IMG/VR virus record: IMGVR_UViG_3300027706_000269
Location: 27,817-91,816 of that record
Strand: one strand, 5' to 3'
DNA length: 64,000 nt
Origin: a virus
Shown here: in pieces, positions 10,015 to 19,942 of the stretch
Layout: each line of letters begins with the position of its first letter
Position numbering within the stretch: position 1 is the first letter of the stretch
The notes under the pieces: model-generated
Databases searched by the model: none
Seen by the model: the letters and a program-made list of their open reading frames with translations, nothing else
What the model was told of the DNA's origin: nothing
Program-made: the position numbers and the translations under genes

Positions 10015-11286
10015 ATGCCTGATCTCACCGTCAAGTACTTCAACAGCGGGATGACCGGTGCCCCTCAGATCGCCAACAACTGGGGCGATCTGGTGAGCAT
10101 GCTCGACGCCTGCCTGGTCAACGGCTTCGCGCTGAAGGCCATCGACACGCTGACCTCGGTGGGCGGTATCGCCACGGCCACCATCTCCTCCGGACATGCC
10201 TACCGCCCGGATCAGGTCGTGCTGATCGCCGGCGCCGAGCAGCCCGAGTACAACGGGCAGTTCCGCGTCCTCACGACGACCACCACCACCTTCACCTTCG
10301 CGGTGTCGGGCACGCCGGCCTCGCCCGCGACGACCACGTCGAGCCTCAGTGCCAAGGTGGCGCCGCTCGGCTGGGAGAAGCCGTTCGCCGGCACGAACAA
10401 GGCGGCCTACCGGAGCAAGAACCCGCAGTCGCCGCAGAACCTGCTGTTGATCGACAACAGCCTCAAGACGCCGGGCTACACCACGTCCTGGGCGAAATGG
10501 GCCAACGTCGGCATCGTGGAGGACCTCACCGACATCGACACCATCGTCGGTGCCCAAGCTCCCTACGACCCGAACAACCCGACGCAGAACTGGAAGCAAG
10601 CTCAAGCTGGCCAGTGGGGTTGGTACAAGTGGTACCACGCGCGCCAGGCTGGCTACGACAACTCCGGTGACGGAGGCGGCGGCAACCGCAACTGGGTGCT
10701 GATCGGCGACGACCGGATCTTCTACCTGTTCCTTACCCACCAGGCCGGCTACAACTGGTACGGCCGCACGAGCTACTGCTTCGGCGATATCACAAGCTTC
10801 AAGCCCGGCGACAACTACGCCACGGTGCTGGCTGCGGACGACATCTACTGGAGCAACAACAACGCCGGCTACGCGAGCTACCCCGGCCAGAGCAGCGGCT
10901 ACGGCCTTGCCATGTCATTGGACTTCACCGGCAAGGTCCTGCTGCGCAACCACACGCAGTTGGGCAACCCGGTCCGCTTCGGCGTCACCTCCCTCAACAC
11001 CAACAACGGGCAGCAGATCTGCGGTCGCGGGCCGACGCCGTTTCCGAATGGCGCGGACTACAGCCTCTGGCTCTTGCCGACCTACGTGCGTCAGGAGGAC
11101 GGACACATCCGGGGTCTGATGCCCGGGATGCTGTGGATCCCGCAGGACCGCCCCTACAGCGACCAGACCATCGTCGACAACGTGGTCGGCCAGGCTGGCA
11201 AGCGTTTCCTGCTGGTGCGCACGCAATACAGCTCCGAGACCGAGGGTGCGCAGATCGCCTTCGACATCACCGGACCCTGGAGGTGA
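10015..11286 (+). CDS. Tail fibre / receptor-binding-associated protein
   Basis: Start MPDLTVKYFNSGMTGAPQ; LDACLVNGF and APLGWEKPF motifs; Trp/Tyr/Asn-rich C-terminus. Confidence 0.65.
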   Translation: MPDLTVKYFNSGMTGAPQIANNWGDLVSMLDACLVNGFALKAIDTLTSVGGIATATISSGHAYRPDQVVLIAGAEQPEYNGQFRVLTTTTTTFTFAVSGTPASPATTTSSLSAKVAPLGWEKPFAGTNKAAYRSKNPQSPQNLLLIDNSLKTPGYTTSWAKWANVGIVEDLTDIDTIVGAQAPYDPNNPTQNWKQAQAGQWGWYKWYHARQAGYDNSGDGGGGNRNWVLIGDDRIFYLFLTHQAGYNWYGRTSYCFGDITSFKPGDNYATVLAADDIYWSNNNAGYASYPGQSSGYGLAMSLDFTGKVLLRNHTQLGNPVRFGVTSLNTNNGQQICGRGPTPFPNGADYSLWLLPTYVRQEDGHIRGLMPGMLWIPQDRPYSDQTIVDNVVGQAGKRFLLVRTQYSSETEGAQIAFDITGPWR

Positions 11287-11289
11287 TCG

Positions 11290-12375
11290 ATGAGCTACCC
11301 GCTCAATGACACCTTCGCTACTGCGCCGGCGGCGGGCTACACCACCGTCCTCGGCGGGATGTCCGCCAGCCACAACGCCGCGCAGCAGGCTCTTGACCTC
11401 TCGGCGCCCAGCACGCAATCCATCCTTCGCTTCAACGAAGCGGCGAATGGGGACTTCTGGTTCGAGGCCGACATCGAACTGTTGACCGACCCGAGTGGGC
11501 GCAAGCACGTCGGCCTGTGGATGACCACCGGCAACGCCGCGGAGGGTTACCGCTTTGCGCATCTGGACGGTGCCTGGAGCGTTTCGCGCTGGAGCAGCGG
11601 ATTTGGCGACGGCGCTGCAGTCACCGGAAGCGTCAACGACGGGGCCCGGCCAATAGCCGGCATTGCTGCCACGGCGCCGACGTTCAACGTGGGACAGCGC
11701 CGGACTCTGCGCTGCGAAGTCATCACCGGTGCGCCCGATGCGAGTGGCGTGCCGTGGTCGCGGCTGCTCCAGTTCTCGGCCGGCGGTGTCGTGCTGTTCC
11801 AGGTGGCCGACGCGACGTACCGAGGCAAGCTCGTGCCGGGCGTGTTCCTCTACGGTGCGACCGCCCGCGTTCATGCCATCGCGGGCGACACGCCATCGGG
11901 CCTGCCTGCGTTTCCCGCTGTCGTTGCGGTCAACACGGCAGACGATCTGCAGCCGCTGACGGGCGGCTCGACCTCGGTGCTGTCCAGCCCCGGCGACAGC
12001 ATTGGGGTCAGCGTCGATGCGGAGTTGATGCGCCTGAACAGCCCGGCGTCCGAGCGCTGGGATGACCCGGGCGCCTACGACCGCCACTTCCGAGCGATCC
12101 CGTCCGGTCGCAAGAACATCCACTTCAGCGGTATCGGCGTGATCGCGGGCACGGTCAAGGAGAAGGGCGTCCCCGACCAGCCGCTGGAGCGGCGCGTCCA
12201 ACTCTTCAGCGAGAACACCCGCCTGCTGGTGGCTGAGACCTGGAGCGATGCCAATGGGGACTATCGCTTCGAGGTCATCGATCCGACCCAGCGCTACACG
12301 GTCGTGAGCTACGACCACAAGCACCTGTACCGCGCCGTGATCGCGGACAACCTTCAGCCGCAGTTGATGTCATGA
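11290..12375 (+). CDS. Tail protein (beta-sandwich N-terminus, carboxypeptidase-regulatory-like C-terminus)
   Basis: C-terminal IAGTVKE..RRVQL..ETWSDANGDYRF. Confidence 0.6.
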   Translation: MSYPLNDTFATAPAAGYTTVLGGMSASHNAAQQALDLSAPSTQSILRFNEAANGDFWFEADIELLTDPSGRKHVGLWMTTGNAAEGYRFAHLDGAWSVSRWSSGFGDGAAVTGSVNDGARPIAGIAATAPTFNVGQRRTLRCEVITGAPDASGVPWSRLLQFSAGGVVLFQVADATYRGKLVPGVFLYGATARVHAIAGDTPSGLPAFPAVVAVNTADDLQPLTGGSTSVLSSPGDSIGVSVDAELMRLNSPASERWDDPGAYDRHFRAIPSGRKNIHFSGIGVIAGTVKEKGVPDQPLERRVQLFSENTRLLVAETWSDANGDYRFEVIDPTQRYTVVSYDHKHLYRAVIADNLQPQLMS

Positions 12376-12767
12376 CCGTCGCCATCACCGTCGAGCACAA
12401 CGAGGCCCGGCTGGCCGGCACGCTGAACTTCCTGGATACCGGCAGCAACCCGGCGCGCCTGCGCATCTACGGGGGTGTGCGCCCGGCCACGCCGGCCACA
12501 ACACCCACCAGCGCGATGCTGGTCGAGATCCGTCTGACCAAGCCCGCGGGCACGATCTCGAACGGGCTTCTGACACTGACGCAGCAGGAAGACGGCCTGA
12601 TCACCGCCAGCGGCGTCGCCACCTGGGCCCGGCTGGTCAATGGCGATGACGTCACGGCGCTCGACCTGGACTGCAGCGGCACTGATGGCAACGGCGATGT
12701 GAAGCTGGCCAGCACCACGCTGTACCTGGGCGGCGACGCCCGCATGGTCTCCGCCATCCTGGGCTGA
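12372..12767 (+). CDS. Phage tail-associated hypothetical protein
   Basis: ATGA overlap with upstream gene; LRIYGG.RPA..GxATWARL motif. Confidence 0.65.
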   Translation: MTVAITVEHNEARLAGTLNFLDTGSNPARLRIYGGVRPATPATTPTSAMLVEIRLTKPAGTISNGLLTLTQQEDGLITASGVATWARLVNGDDVTALDLDCSGTDGNGDVKLASTTLYLGGDARMVSAILG

Positions 12768-12771
12768 AGTC

Positions 12772-14739
12772 ATGCCAGATCTCGGGTCGCCGCAGGTCCA
12801 TCTGCGGTTCGACCGACCGGCGCCGACCGACGCGGACTTGCTGTTCGGCGCGGACTTCATCGCGCCTCGGAATGACCTGACGGTTCAGGCCGTCCTGCCC
12901 TTACCGGGCGTCGATGTTCGGTTCATCCCGCCCGCGCGGCTTGAACTGCAAGTGCTGTTGCCGGCGCCCACGGTGAGCTCGGTGCTGCTGCGCCCGAGCG
13001 TGCCGTTGAACGTCGGGAGTGGCGAGAGCGCGATCTTGCCTGGGGTCGTGTTCGCCTCCGAGGTGCGTTACTTCTCGTGCGCCCAGCGCCCGACCGTGGG
13101 CCAGACGAAGCCTCTCTGGCAAGTAGCCCAGCGAAAGGAGGACGGGCCGACGCAAGCTCAGCAGGACGCGACTGCCAAGCCATCGGGCTGGGCTGCGCCC
13201 TGGCATCGCGCAAGCTCCCAACCGCAGGGCATCTCGCACCGACTGCCGCCCGTGCTGTCGGCTTCACGCGAACAGCGGCTTGGGCTCCACCAGGACGCCT
13301 CGCCGTTGCGACACGCGACCTGGTTCGGCCACCAGATCGCCACACACATCGAGGCCGTCCGCCTGGCTCTGTTCCAGAACGCGGGCGCTGTCCGTGATGC
13401 CACGCAGTTCCGGCACCAAGACGGCGACCGCAGCAAGCGGGCAAGCCGCTCAGGCGTCTGGCAAGGCGGTCGACGGGTCACGCGCGGCCAAGGCTCGGAC
13501 TTTCAGAGCGCGTGGGCTGACCGTCGAGGCTGGCGAGGTCGCTACCAAGACGCCGTGCCGCCGCCCGCAGGGATCAGCCTGCTGGTGGTGCCCGAGCCTC
13601 CTGCGACGACGCCTTGCTACACGCCGAGCGCGGCCCTGCTGTTCGCCGCGTTGGCCGCGACCGATGGCCACCTGCTGTTCATCTGTGAGAACCACGACAA
13701 CCCGCCTCCCGCCGAGGAGCCGGTGGTCGTTCCCATCCGGAGGCTTTACTTCGTGATCAACAACGTGACCCTGCATCGCGTGCTGGATGGCGCGGAGGTG
13801 CCGGTGTTCAGCCTGTCGCTGTCGCTGGATGCGGCGTCGTGGACCTGGGGTTTCGAGGCGTCGCTGCCGGCGAGTGCCGAGTCGTTGGTCGATCCCGGCG
13901 CCGCATCCGGACCGGTGGAGTTGCTGGCCAGCGTGAACGGCACGACGTTCCGCGTGCTGGCCGAGAACATCAGCCGCGAGCGCATCTTCGGCGACGCCAG
14001 CATCCGCATCTCAGGCCGGGGACGCAACGCCGTACTGGCCGCACCCTATGCGCCGGTGATGACCTTCTCGAACACCGAGGGCTGCACAGCCCGGCAACTG
14101 ATGGACGACGTGCTGACCATCAACGGCGTGCCGCTCGGGTGGTCCGTCGATTGGGGCCTGACCGACTGGAACGTCCCGGCCGGCGCGTTTGCCCACCAGG
14201 GGACGTGGATCGAGGCCCTGGCCGCCATCGCGGGCGCCGCGGGCGGCTACCTGATGCCCCATCCGACCGCGCAGAGCCTGCGAGTCCGACATCGCTACCC
14301 GGTGGCACCCTGGGAGTGGGGCTCCGTCACCCCGGACTTCGTGCTGCCCGTCGACGCGGTGGCCCGCGAGTCCCGGCGATGGCTGGAGAAGCCGGCCTAC
14401 AACCGGGTGTTCGTCTCCGGACAAGGGGTGGGCGTGCTCGGCCAGGTCACGCGCGCCGGCACTGCAGGCGACGTGCTGGCACCGATGGTCGTGGATGCAC
14501 TGATCACCGAGGCGGCCGCCGCGCGCCAGCGCGGCATCGCGGTGCTCGCCGACACCGGCCGGCAAATCGAAGTCAGCCTGCGCCTGCCCGTGCTCGCGGA
14601 GACCGGAATCATCGAACCGGGAGCCTTCGTCGAGTACCAGGACGGCAGCGTGACCCGGCTCGGGCTGGTGCGCGCCACGCAGGTGCAGGCCGGCTTCCCC
14701 GAGGTCTGGCAGACGCTGGGGGTGCAGGCCTATGCATAA
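12772..14739 (+). CDS. Tail/baseplate hub-like protein
   Basis: 655-aa ORF in tail operon with good codon bias. Confidence 0.65.
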   Translation: MPDLGSPQVHLRFDRPAPTDADLLFGADFIAPRNDLTVQAVLPLPGVDVRFIPPARLELQVLLPAPTVSSVLLRPSVPLNVGSGESAILPGVVFASEVRYFSCAQRPTVGQTKPLWQVAQRKEDGPTQAQQDATAKPSGWAAPWHRASSQPQGISHRLPPVLSASREQRLGLHQDASPLRHATWFGHQIATHIEAVRLALFQNAGAVRDATQFRHQDGDRSKRASRSGVWQGGRRVTRGQGSDFQSAWADRRGWRGRYQDAVPPPAGISLLVVPEPPATTPCYTPSAALLFAALAATDGHLLFICENHDNPPPAEEPVVVPIRRLYFVINNVTLHRVLDGAEVPVFSLSLSLDAASWTWGFEASLPASAESLVDPGAASGPVELLASVNGTTFRVLAENISRERIFGDASIRISGRGRNAVLAAPYAPVMTFSNTEGCTARQLMDDVLTINGVPLGWSVDWGLTDWNVPAGAFAHQGTWIEALAAIAGAAGGYLMPHPTAQSLRVRHRYPVAPWEWGSVTPDFVLPVDAVARESRRWLEKPAYNRVFVSGQGVGVLGQVTRAGTAGDVLAPMVVDALITEAAAARQRGIAVLADTGRQIEVSLRLPVLAETGIIEPGAFVEYQDGSVTRLGLVRATQVQAGFPEVWQTLGVQAYA

Positions 14740-14953
14740 CGTCTACCAGCAGTTCCGCCAACTGCTGCCCGACGCGCCGCTGCAGGCGGGCACGGTGACC
14801 GAGGTCGCCGTCGGCGTCATCACCGTTCAACTACCGGGTGGCGGTGTCCTGAAGGCGCGCGGCACCGCCAACCTCGGCCAGAAAGTGTTCGTGCGGGACG
14901 GCGTTGTCGAAGCCGTCGCGCCCAGCCTGCCGCTCGAACTCATCGAGGTCTGA
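14732..14953 (+). CDS. Small tail tip protein (OB-fold-like spike candidate)
   Basis: 73 aa, overlaps upstream stop; last tail gene. Confidence 0.6.
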   Translation: MHNVYQQFRQLLPDAPLQAGTVTEVAVGVITVQLPGGGVLKARGTANLGQKVFVRDGVVEAVAPSLPLELIEV

Positions 14954-14976
14954 CCCACCGCTGATTCATCCCTGAG

Positions 14977-15010
14977 GCCCGCCCAGTTGCACACGCGCTG
15001 GGCGGGCTTT
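14977..15010 (+). terminator. GC hairpin / terminator-like element before lysis cassette A
   Basis: GCCCGCCCAG...CTGGGCGGGC followed by TTT. Confidence 0.55.
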
Positions 15011-15051
15011 GCATTTGGCTTCGCCGCAACTTCGTTGACCTGGAGGAAACG

Positions 15052-15360
15052 ATGACCGATCCCATCCCGACCGATCCGCCCGCGCTGGTGGAGAACATGC
15101 TGCTTCTGAGACGCGAGGACTTCGACGACTTGCTCGACCGCGCCGCCGAACGTGGGGCCGAGCGTGTCCTGTCCCATCTCGGCCTGGAAAACGGCAGTGC
15201 CGCCAAGGACATCCGCGAGCTGCGCGATCTGCTGGAAGCCTGGCGCGATGCCCGCCGCACCGCATGGCGAACCGCCGTCAAGGTCATCACCACCGGCATC
15301 CTGGCCGCGCTGTTAGTCGGCGCTGCCATCAAGTTGAAGCTCATGGGAGGTGGCCAATGA
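15052..15360 (+). CDS. DUF6127-like membrane protein (holin/antiholin candidate)
   Basis: GGAGG RBS; C-terminal TM segment; near-identical to 62225-62527. Confidence 0.75.
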   Translation: MTDPIPTDPPALVENMLLLRREDFDDLLDRAAERGAERVLSHLGLENGSAAKDIRELRDLLEAWRDARRTAWRTAVKVITTGILAALLVGAAIKLKLMGGGQ

Positions 15361-15833
15361 TCGAGACCTTGCTCGGCGGCCTCCTGGGAGGAGCCTTCCG
15401 TCTGGCGCCCGAAGTGCTGAAGTGGCTGGACCGCAAGGGCGAGCGCGCCCACGAGCTGGCAATGCAGGACAAGGCGCTGGAGTTCGAGAAGCTGCGCGGC
15501 GCCCAGCGCATGGCCGAGATCGGTGCCGGGGCCGATGCCGCATGGAACGTGGGCGCCCTCGAGACCCTGCGCGAGGCGGTCGCCGCCCAGGGGCAGCGAT
15601 CGGGCGCCCGCTGGGCCGATGCGCTGTCGGCGAGCGTGCGGCCCATCATCACCTACTGGTTCATGGCGCTCTACTGCGCGGCCAAGACCGCGGCGTACGT
15701 GGGCGCCCTCGAGGCCGGTGCGGATTGGATTCTGGCCATCCAGGCGGCCTGGACCGAGGCCGACCAGGCCCTGTGGGCGGGCGTCCTGAACTTCTGGTTC
15801 TTGGGCCGGGTGTTCGAACGGGTGAGAGCATGA
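15357..15833 (+). CDS. Holin-like membrane protein
   Basis: MIETLLGGLLGG start; hydrophobic segments, VRPIITY and FWFLGR; near-identical to 62524-63000. Confidence 0.7.
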   Translation: MIETLLGGLLGGAFRLAPEVLKWLDRKGERAHELAMQDKALEFEKLRGAQRMAEIGAGADAAWNVGALETLREAVAAQGQRSGARWADALSASVRPIITYWFMALYCAAKTAAYVGALEAGADWILAIQAAWTEADQALWAGVLNFWFLGRVFERVRA

Positions 15834-16312
15834 CGTCGGGGGTGATCGCCGTCCCGCAGGCGGCCATCGAGCTGGCCAAGCGCTTCGAGGGCTTCCACCG
15901 CGTGCCAAAGAACGATCCCGGCCGCGCGCATCCTTACATCTGCCCGGCCGGCTACTGGACCATCGGCTACGGGCATCTGTGCGATCCGAAGCACCCGCCG
16001 ATCACGAAAGGCGAGGCCGAGGCCTACCTCGCCCAGGACCTGAAGGTGGCGCTCGCCGCCACGCTTCGCTACTGCCCGGTGCTGGCTACGGAGCCCGAGA
16101 ACCGACTCGCGGCCATCGTGGACTTCACCTTCAACCTTGGCGCGGGGCGGCTGCAGACATCGACGCTGCGGCGGCGGGTCAATCAGCGGGACTGGGATGC
16201 TTCTGCGCGTGAGCTAAGAAGGTGGGTATACGGCGGAGGTGGGGTGCTGTCGGGGTTGGTAACACGCCGCGAGGCGGAAATCGAACTGCTGAAAGCTGGA
16301 GACTTGGGGTGA
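15830..16312 (+). CDS. Endolysin, GH24 lysozyme
   Basis: FEG...YICPAGYWTIGYGH, DFTFNLGAG, STLRRRVN, GLVTRREAE. Confidence 0.92.
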   Translation: MTSGVIAVPQAAIELAKRFEGFHRVPKNDPGRAHPYICPAGYWTIGYGHLCDPKHPPITKGEAEAYLAQDLKVALAATLRYCPVLATEPENRLAAIVDFTFNLGAGRLQTSTLRRRVNQRDWDASARELRRWVYGGGGVLSGLVTRREAEIELLKAGDLG

Positions 16313-16672
16313 CTTCGTTCTGGCTGTCATCTGCCTCAGATCCCTTACTGCCTGCTAGCTCCAGAAGCTCCCTGACGCTACAATCAGAATCCTGAGCGTT
16401 CGGAGAGTAAAAGTGGATCACGAGTTTTCGGGGAAGCTCGTGAACATGACAAAACACTCGGTTCTGTGCGCTTACTGGGCGCCTTAGCTTTAACCGCCAT
16501 CCCGTTCGATGTGGGGTGATTAAAGGATTTCCTAGCGCCTCACCATTTGCCCGCTCCGGCGAAATAGCCATTGGCGAGCTCTCCGCCGCTAAACAGGCGA
16601 TTGGAACGTCAGTCTCATAAATAACCACAAATTAGCCATGGCATCAAATAGCGTAGCAGGAAGGTTCTTCAA

Positions 16673-17629
16673 GTGATGCGACAGATTAAGAGTGCAGATG
16701 CAGTGACGATACTGCATAACGATGCGCCGAAAGTGATCGAAGAGATCAACGATTTCACATCGCAGACGTTCAAGACACGAGGGGGACGCCTAGGCAGTGG
16801 CATGGGTAGCCTGCTCGAAGCCCTGTGGGTCTATTACATGAACAAAACCCTCATGAATGAGGGTGGATTGGCACGGGAATGTGAACTTGCGTGGATGCAA
16901 GATCACGAGCCCTCCGATTTTGCCTGCCTGCAAAGAGGGGCCGAATGGGAGCCTCGGAGTCGACGTGGCGAGTTGTTTCGTATCGAAGCCAAGTCCATGA
17001 ATATTGGCGTAGACGAAGCCAAAGGACACTTCACAAACCTTGCCAAGGAAACGGCAGAGCATGATCAGCTTCTTGTGCTCATCTGGTCATGGACCGAGCT
17101 GGGAAATAATTATTCATGGCCAAGAATTCACGATTACTTCCTTGGCCCTTCGCTGCCGATTATCAGGGCGCGAGATCAGCTTCACCTCGCGCGAGGAGGG
17201 TTGTTCGTTGATAGAAGAGAATGCCCTGATGGGTGTGCGCCAGAAGCATGTACACACGATGGAGAGCCACTAAACGCAGCAAGGAAGCGCGAGCGCCGAT
17301 CAGGTCCGCAGTCATGCAAGCCAGCAAACGTCGAGTATGCTGCCAATTTTGGCGGCCTCGTGCGGATGCTGAAGACCGACAATGATGCTGCGCGTTCGGT
17401 CTTTCGGAGACTGCGGAAGGCCGATGATGTGGTTCATGCCTATATATCCTTCATTCACACGCACTTTCCGTCCGAGGAGATCAACCACTTTAAGAAAGCT
17501 GAATGGCAATCTGTGTTGAAATCCCTTGGGATCAAAGCTAACAATGTGACCGCCGCCGAAGCTAATAAACTGTTGCGGGAGCATGTGCCCGACTACCAAG
17601 ATCACCTGCGGAGATTATTCTATAGTTAG
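16673..17629 (+). CDS. Putative Type II restriction endonuclease (PD-(D/E)xK fold)
   Basis: E..PSDF...IEAKS catalytic-like motif; lower GC; convergent with M/S genes with 4-bp stop overlap. Confidence 0.65.
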   Translation: MMRQIKSADAVTILHNDAPKVIEEINDFTSQTFKTRGGRLGSGMGSLLEALWVYYMNKTLMNEGGLARECELAWMQDHEPSDFACLQRGAEWEPRSRRGELFRIEAKSMNIGVDEAKGHFTNLAKETAEHDQLLVLIWSWTELGNNYSWPRIHDYFLGPSLPIIRARDQLHLARGGLFVDRRECPDGCAPEACTHDGEPLNAARKRERRSGPQSCKPANVEYAANFGGLVRMLKTDNDAARSVFRRLRKADDVVHAYISFIHTHFPSEEINHFKKAEWQSVLKSLGIKANNVTAAEANKLLREHVPDYQDHLRRLFYS

Positions 17630-18324
17630 GTCGCCACCTCAATTTCGATGACCGGTGTTCCTGACGAGAGCGCAGCCAAGAGTCCTTTAGCCTGTTGTGC
17701 AGGAAGCGTATCCAAGCGCGAACGCAAGGCGATGATCTCTTGATCGATCTGGGCAAGCTGTTCAACCAGTTTTGCTTGCACATCGAGAGGTGGAACGGGA
17801 ACTTCGATGTCGAGTAGATCCCGCGTTGACATGCGCGGCAGAGATGCGCCTACGGTGAACTTGCTTGCAAACTGTGTGACGAATGACGAAGCGAGGATGT
17901 GTCGCAAATAGCGTGAGAGAACAACGTCTTTGCGTGGAGAAAGTACGATGAACTCGCCGGAACACATGCCTTCGGACACCGGGGGGTGTGCCAGATAGAC
18001 TTTGTTTAACTCAGGGCGCAGACGTCCATAGAGAACGTCGCCGACCCGAAACGTCTTCGACCGAGACTTTATCGACGACGCAGGTCGTGGAGAGAATTCC
18101 ACCAACTCTCCGGTCGTCGATCGGACGTTTTCGAGGCCCACGTAGACAATGGGCTCGCTCCCGTACTGCCGGGGGTCGACTGTGGAGCGGCGCTCGTCGG
18201 CCAACTCTTTCAAGGGACGCATCCGGTAAGCAGATTTCCCGGCGAACTTCGTCTCAGTGAAATAAGAAACCGTCCACCGATCAGCCCGAAACAGTTTTGC
18301 ACTTTCGACTACCATCGTCCACAT
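17626..18324 (-). CDS. hsdS: Half-size HsdS-like specificity subunit (single TRD)
   Basis: GDVLYGRLRPELNK, CSGEFIVL, GASLPR, IEVPVPPLDVQ; about 232 aa; TGATG-coupled to M. Confidence 0.88.
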   Translation of the reverse strand: MWTMVVESAKLFRADRWTVSYFTETKFAGKSAYRMRPLKELADERRSTVDPRQYGSEPIVYVGLENVRSTTGELVEFSPRPASSIKSRSKTFRVGDVLYGRLRPELNKVYLAHPPVSEGMCSGEFIVLSPRKDVVLSRYLRHILASSFVTQFASKFTVGASLPRMSTRDLLDIEVPVPPLDVQAKLVEQLAQIDQEIIALRSRLDTLPAQQAKGLLAALSSGTPVIEIEVAT

Positions 18325-19940
18325 CACCAACCCTCCTTATCAATGAATGCCTTGAAGCGATCCGCAACCGCATTGAGGTTGCTTTCGCCGCACGTGCGGC
18401 CGCTGGCGTCATAGCCAATGGAATCAACATCGGCCAAAAAGATGTTGTAGTTACGTGTATACGTTTCACTAACCTCGTGCTTTCTGAGAATCAGAACGCT
18501 GGTCTTGATGTTTGCCCCGAAGGGGGAAAACGTCTCGATAGGGAGGCTAATGATTGCGCGAACACGTGCATGTCGTTCAATCCAACTGCGAACTTTCGCG
18601 GTGTTTCGATTGCTCAATACACTATCGGGAAGGACGATGGCGAGGCGCCCTCCGTGGCGAAGTAGCTGGAGGCAACGTTCCAGAGCCACGATTTCTAGCG
18701 AGACTGTTGATCCGCATACTGTTGCAAGCTCAAATGGTCCAAGTTGTGTAAGGCTGTCACGCGGTAGATCTATGCCAAATGGCGGATTGGTCATCACGAG
18801 GTCGAACGTTTCGCGATAAAGGTCTGGGTAATTGGAGAACGGCAAGAGCGAATCGCTGCACCGGATGTTGCTATGCCCGTCGCCATGTAGCCGCATGTCG
18901 GTCATGGCGATTCTGACCATACGATCGCTCTTCTCGATGCCGTGCAGCCGCGTGAAGGCAAACTCGTGGAACAGCTTGTCGGCCTTGGCGTGCATTCGTC
19001 GCACGTAATCGATAGCAGAGGTCAAGAAGTGGCCGGAGCCGCAGAATGGATCAATGATTAGCTCGCGAACGTTTGGCTGCATTACCCTCACGATGAAGTC
19101 GATGACTTCTTTTGGTGTGAAGTACTGCCCCATTCCTGCGCGGATAGCTGGAGCTAGGACGTTTTGGAATGCGCGGCCCTTGATATCTACGGGTGATGCG
19201 GTCAGGTCGTGGTGTTGTAGGAGCTCAACTGCTCGAACGATGGCTGGACTTGATAGAAGCAATGGCTCACGAAAGACGCCACGGGAACGTTCATATGTCG
19301 GTATCTTATTGGAGAAAATTGCTCTGTCTTCATCGATCGCTCGCAGATAGAGCTGACGGATTTCGGCCGCGCATTCTTCGACCGATCTGTAGCGTGAACG
19401 TTGGAATAAGAGTTCGCCCGTCTTAACGCTTTGCTCCTCATCGAAAAGCTTGGCGTAGATTAACTTGCAAATTTCGTCCAGTGCATCGGGTGCGTGAAGT
19501 CCATCGATGTCTCGGAACGCGCTGTGCACTTCAAACAGTACGTTTTCAAGATTGCTTGTAAGGGGTTTGAGAGATTTAGGCTCAAGGCGATAAGCGGATG
19601 CCAGAATGTTTGGTTTCTCGAACGATGCGACGTAGTCGAAGTCGCCCGTGCGGAAACTGCGCCGGATGATCTTTGTGACTTGCCCTGTGGCGTCTAGCTG
19701 AATCCCTATGCTGGCAGTGGGCACGGAAAGGAGACACTTTCGAAGATGCGCGTCGGCATCCGGCGCAGCCCCCTTGGCAACTCCGCAGACTATGTACTTG
19801 GTCCCTCGGTCGTTGTGAACGACATAGACATCGTTGTCTGACTCTTGTGCGTAGCGGGAAATAACGTGGCCGCTGTCGGCTGGCAGCGAGAGCGCCGCAG
19901 CGATGAGTTGTTGAACCGTGGTGAGCAAGGGCCACTCCAT
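18324..19940 (-). CDS. hsdM: Type I-like N6-adenine DNA methyltransferase, M subunit
   Basis: GQYFTP, IIDPFCGSGHFL (motif I), TNPPFG (motif IV), GRLAIVLPD. Confidence 0.93.
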   Translation of the reverse strand: MEWPLLTTVQQLIAAALSLPADSGHVISRYAQESDNDVYVVHNDRGTKYIVCGVAKGAAPDADAHLRKCLLSVPTASIGIQLDATGQVTKIIRRSFRTGDFDYVASFEKPNILASAYRLEPKSLKPLTSNLENVLFEVHSAFRDIDGLHAPDALDEICKLIYAKLFDEEQSVKTGELLFQRSRYRSVEECAAEIRQLYLRAIDEDRAIFSNKIPTYERSRGVFREPLLLSSPAIVRAVELLQHHDLTASPVDIKGRAFQNVLAPAIRAGMGQYFTPKEVIDFIVRVMQPNVRELIIDPFCGSGHFLTSAIDYVRRMHAKADKLFHEFAFTRLHGIEKSDRMVRIAMTDMRLHGDGHSNIRCSDSLLPFSNYPDLYRETFDLVMTNPPFGIDLPRDSLTQLGPFELATVCGSTVSLEIVALERCLQLLRHGGRLAIVLPDSVLSNRNTAKVRSWIERHARVRAIISLPIETFSPFGANIKTSVLILRKHEVSETYTRNYNIFLADVDSIGYDASGRTCGESNLNAVADRFKAFIDKEGW

Positions 19941-19942
19941 GA

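Noticed and set aside
6392-14739. Diversity-generating retroelement or invertible tail-fibre system
   Set aside because: No reverse transcriptase, TR/VR pair, invertase or inverted fibre cassettes seen
16179-16628. 149-aa minus-strand ORF as a controller or toxin gene
   Set aside because: No HTH, no clear RBS, overlaps the lysozyme by 134 bp; at most a remnant with faint RelE-like wording
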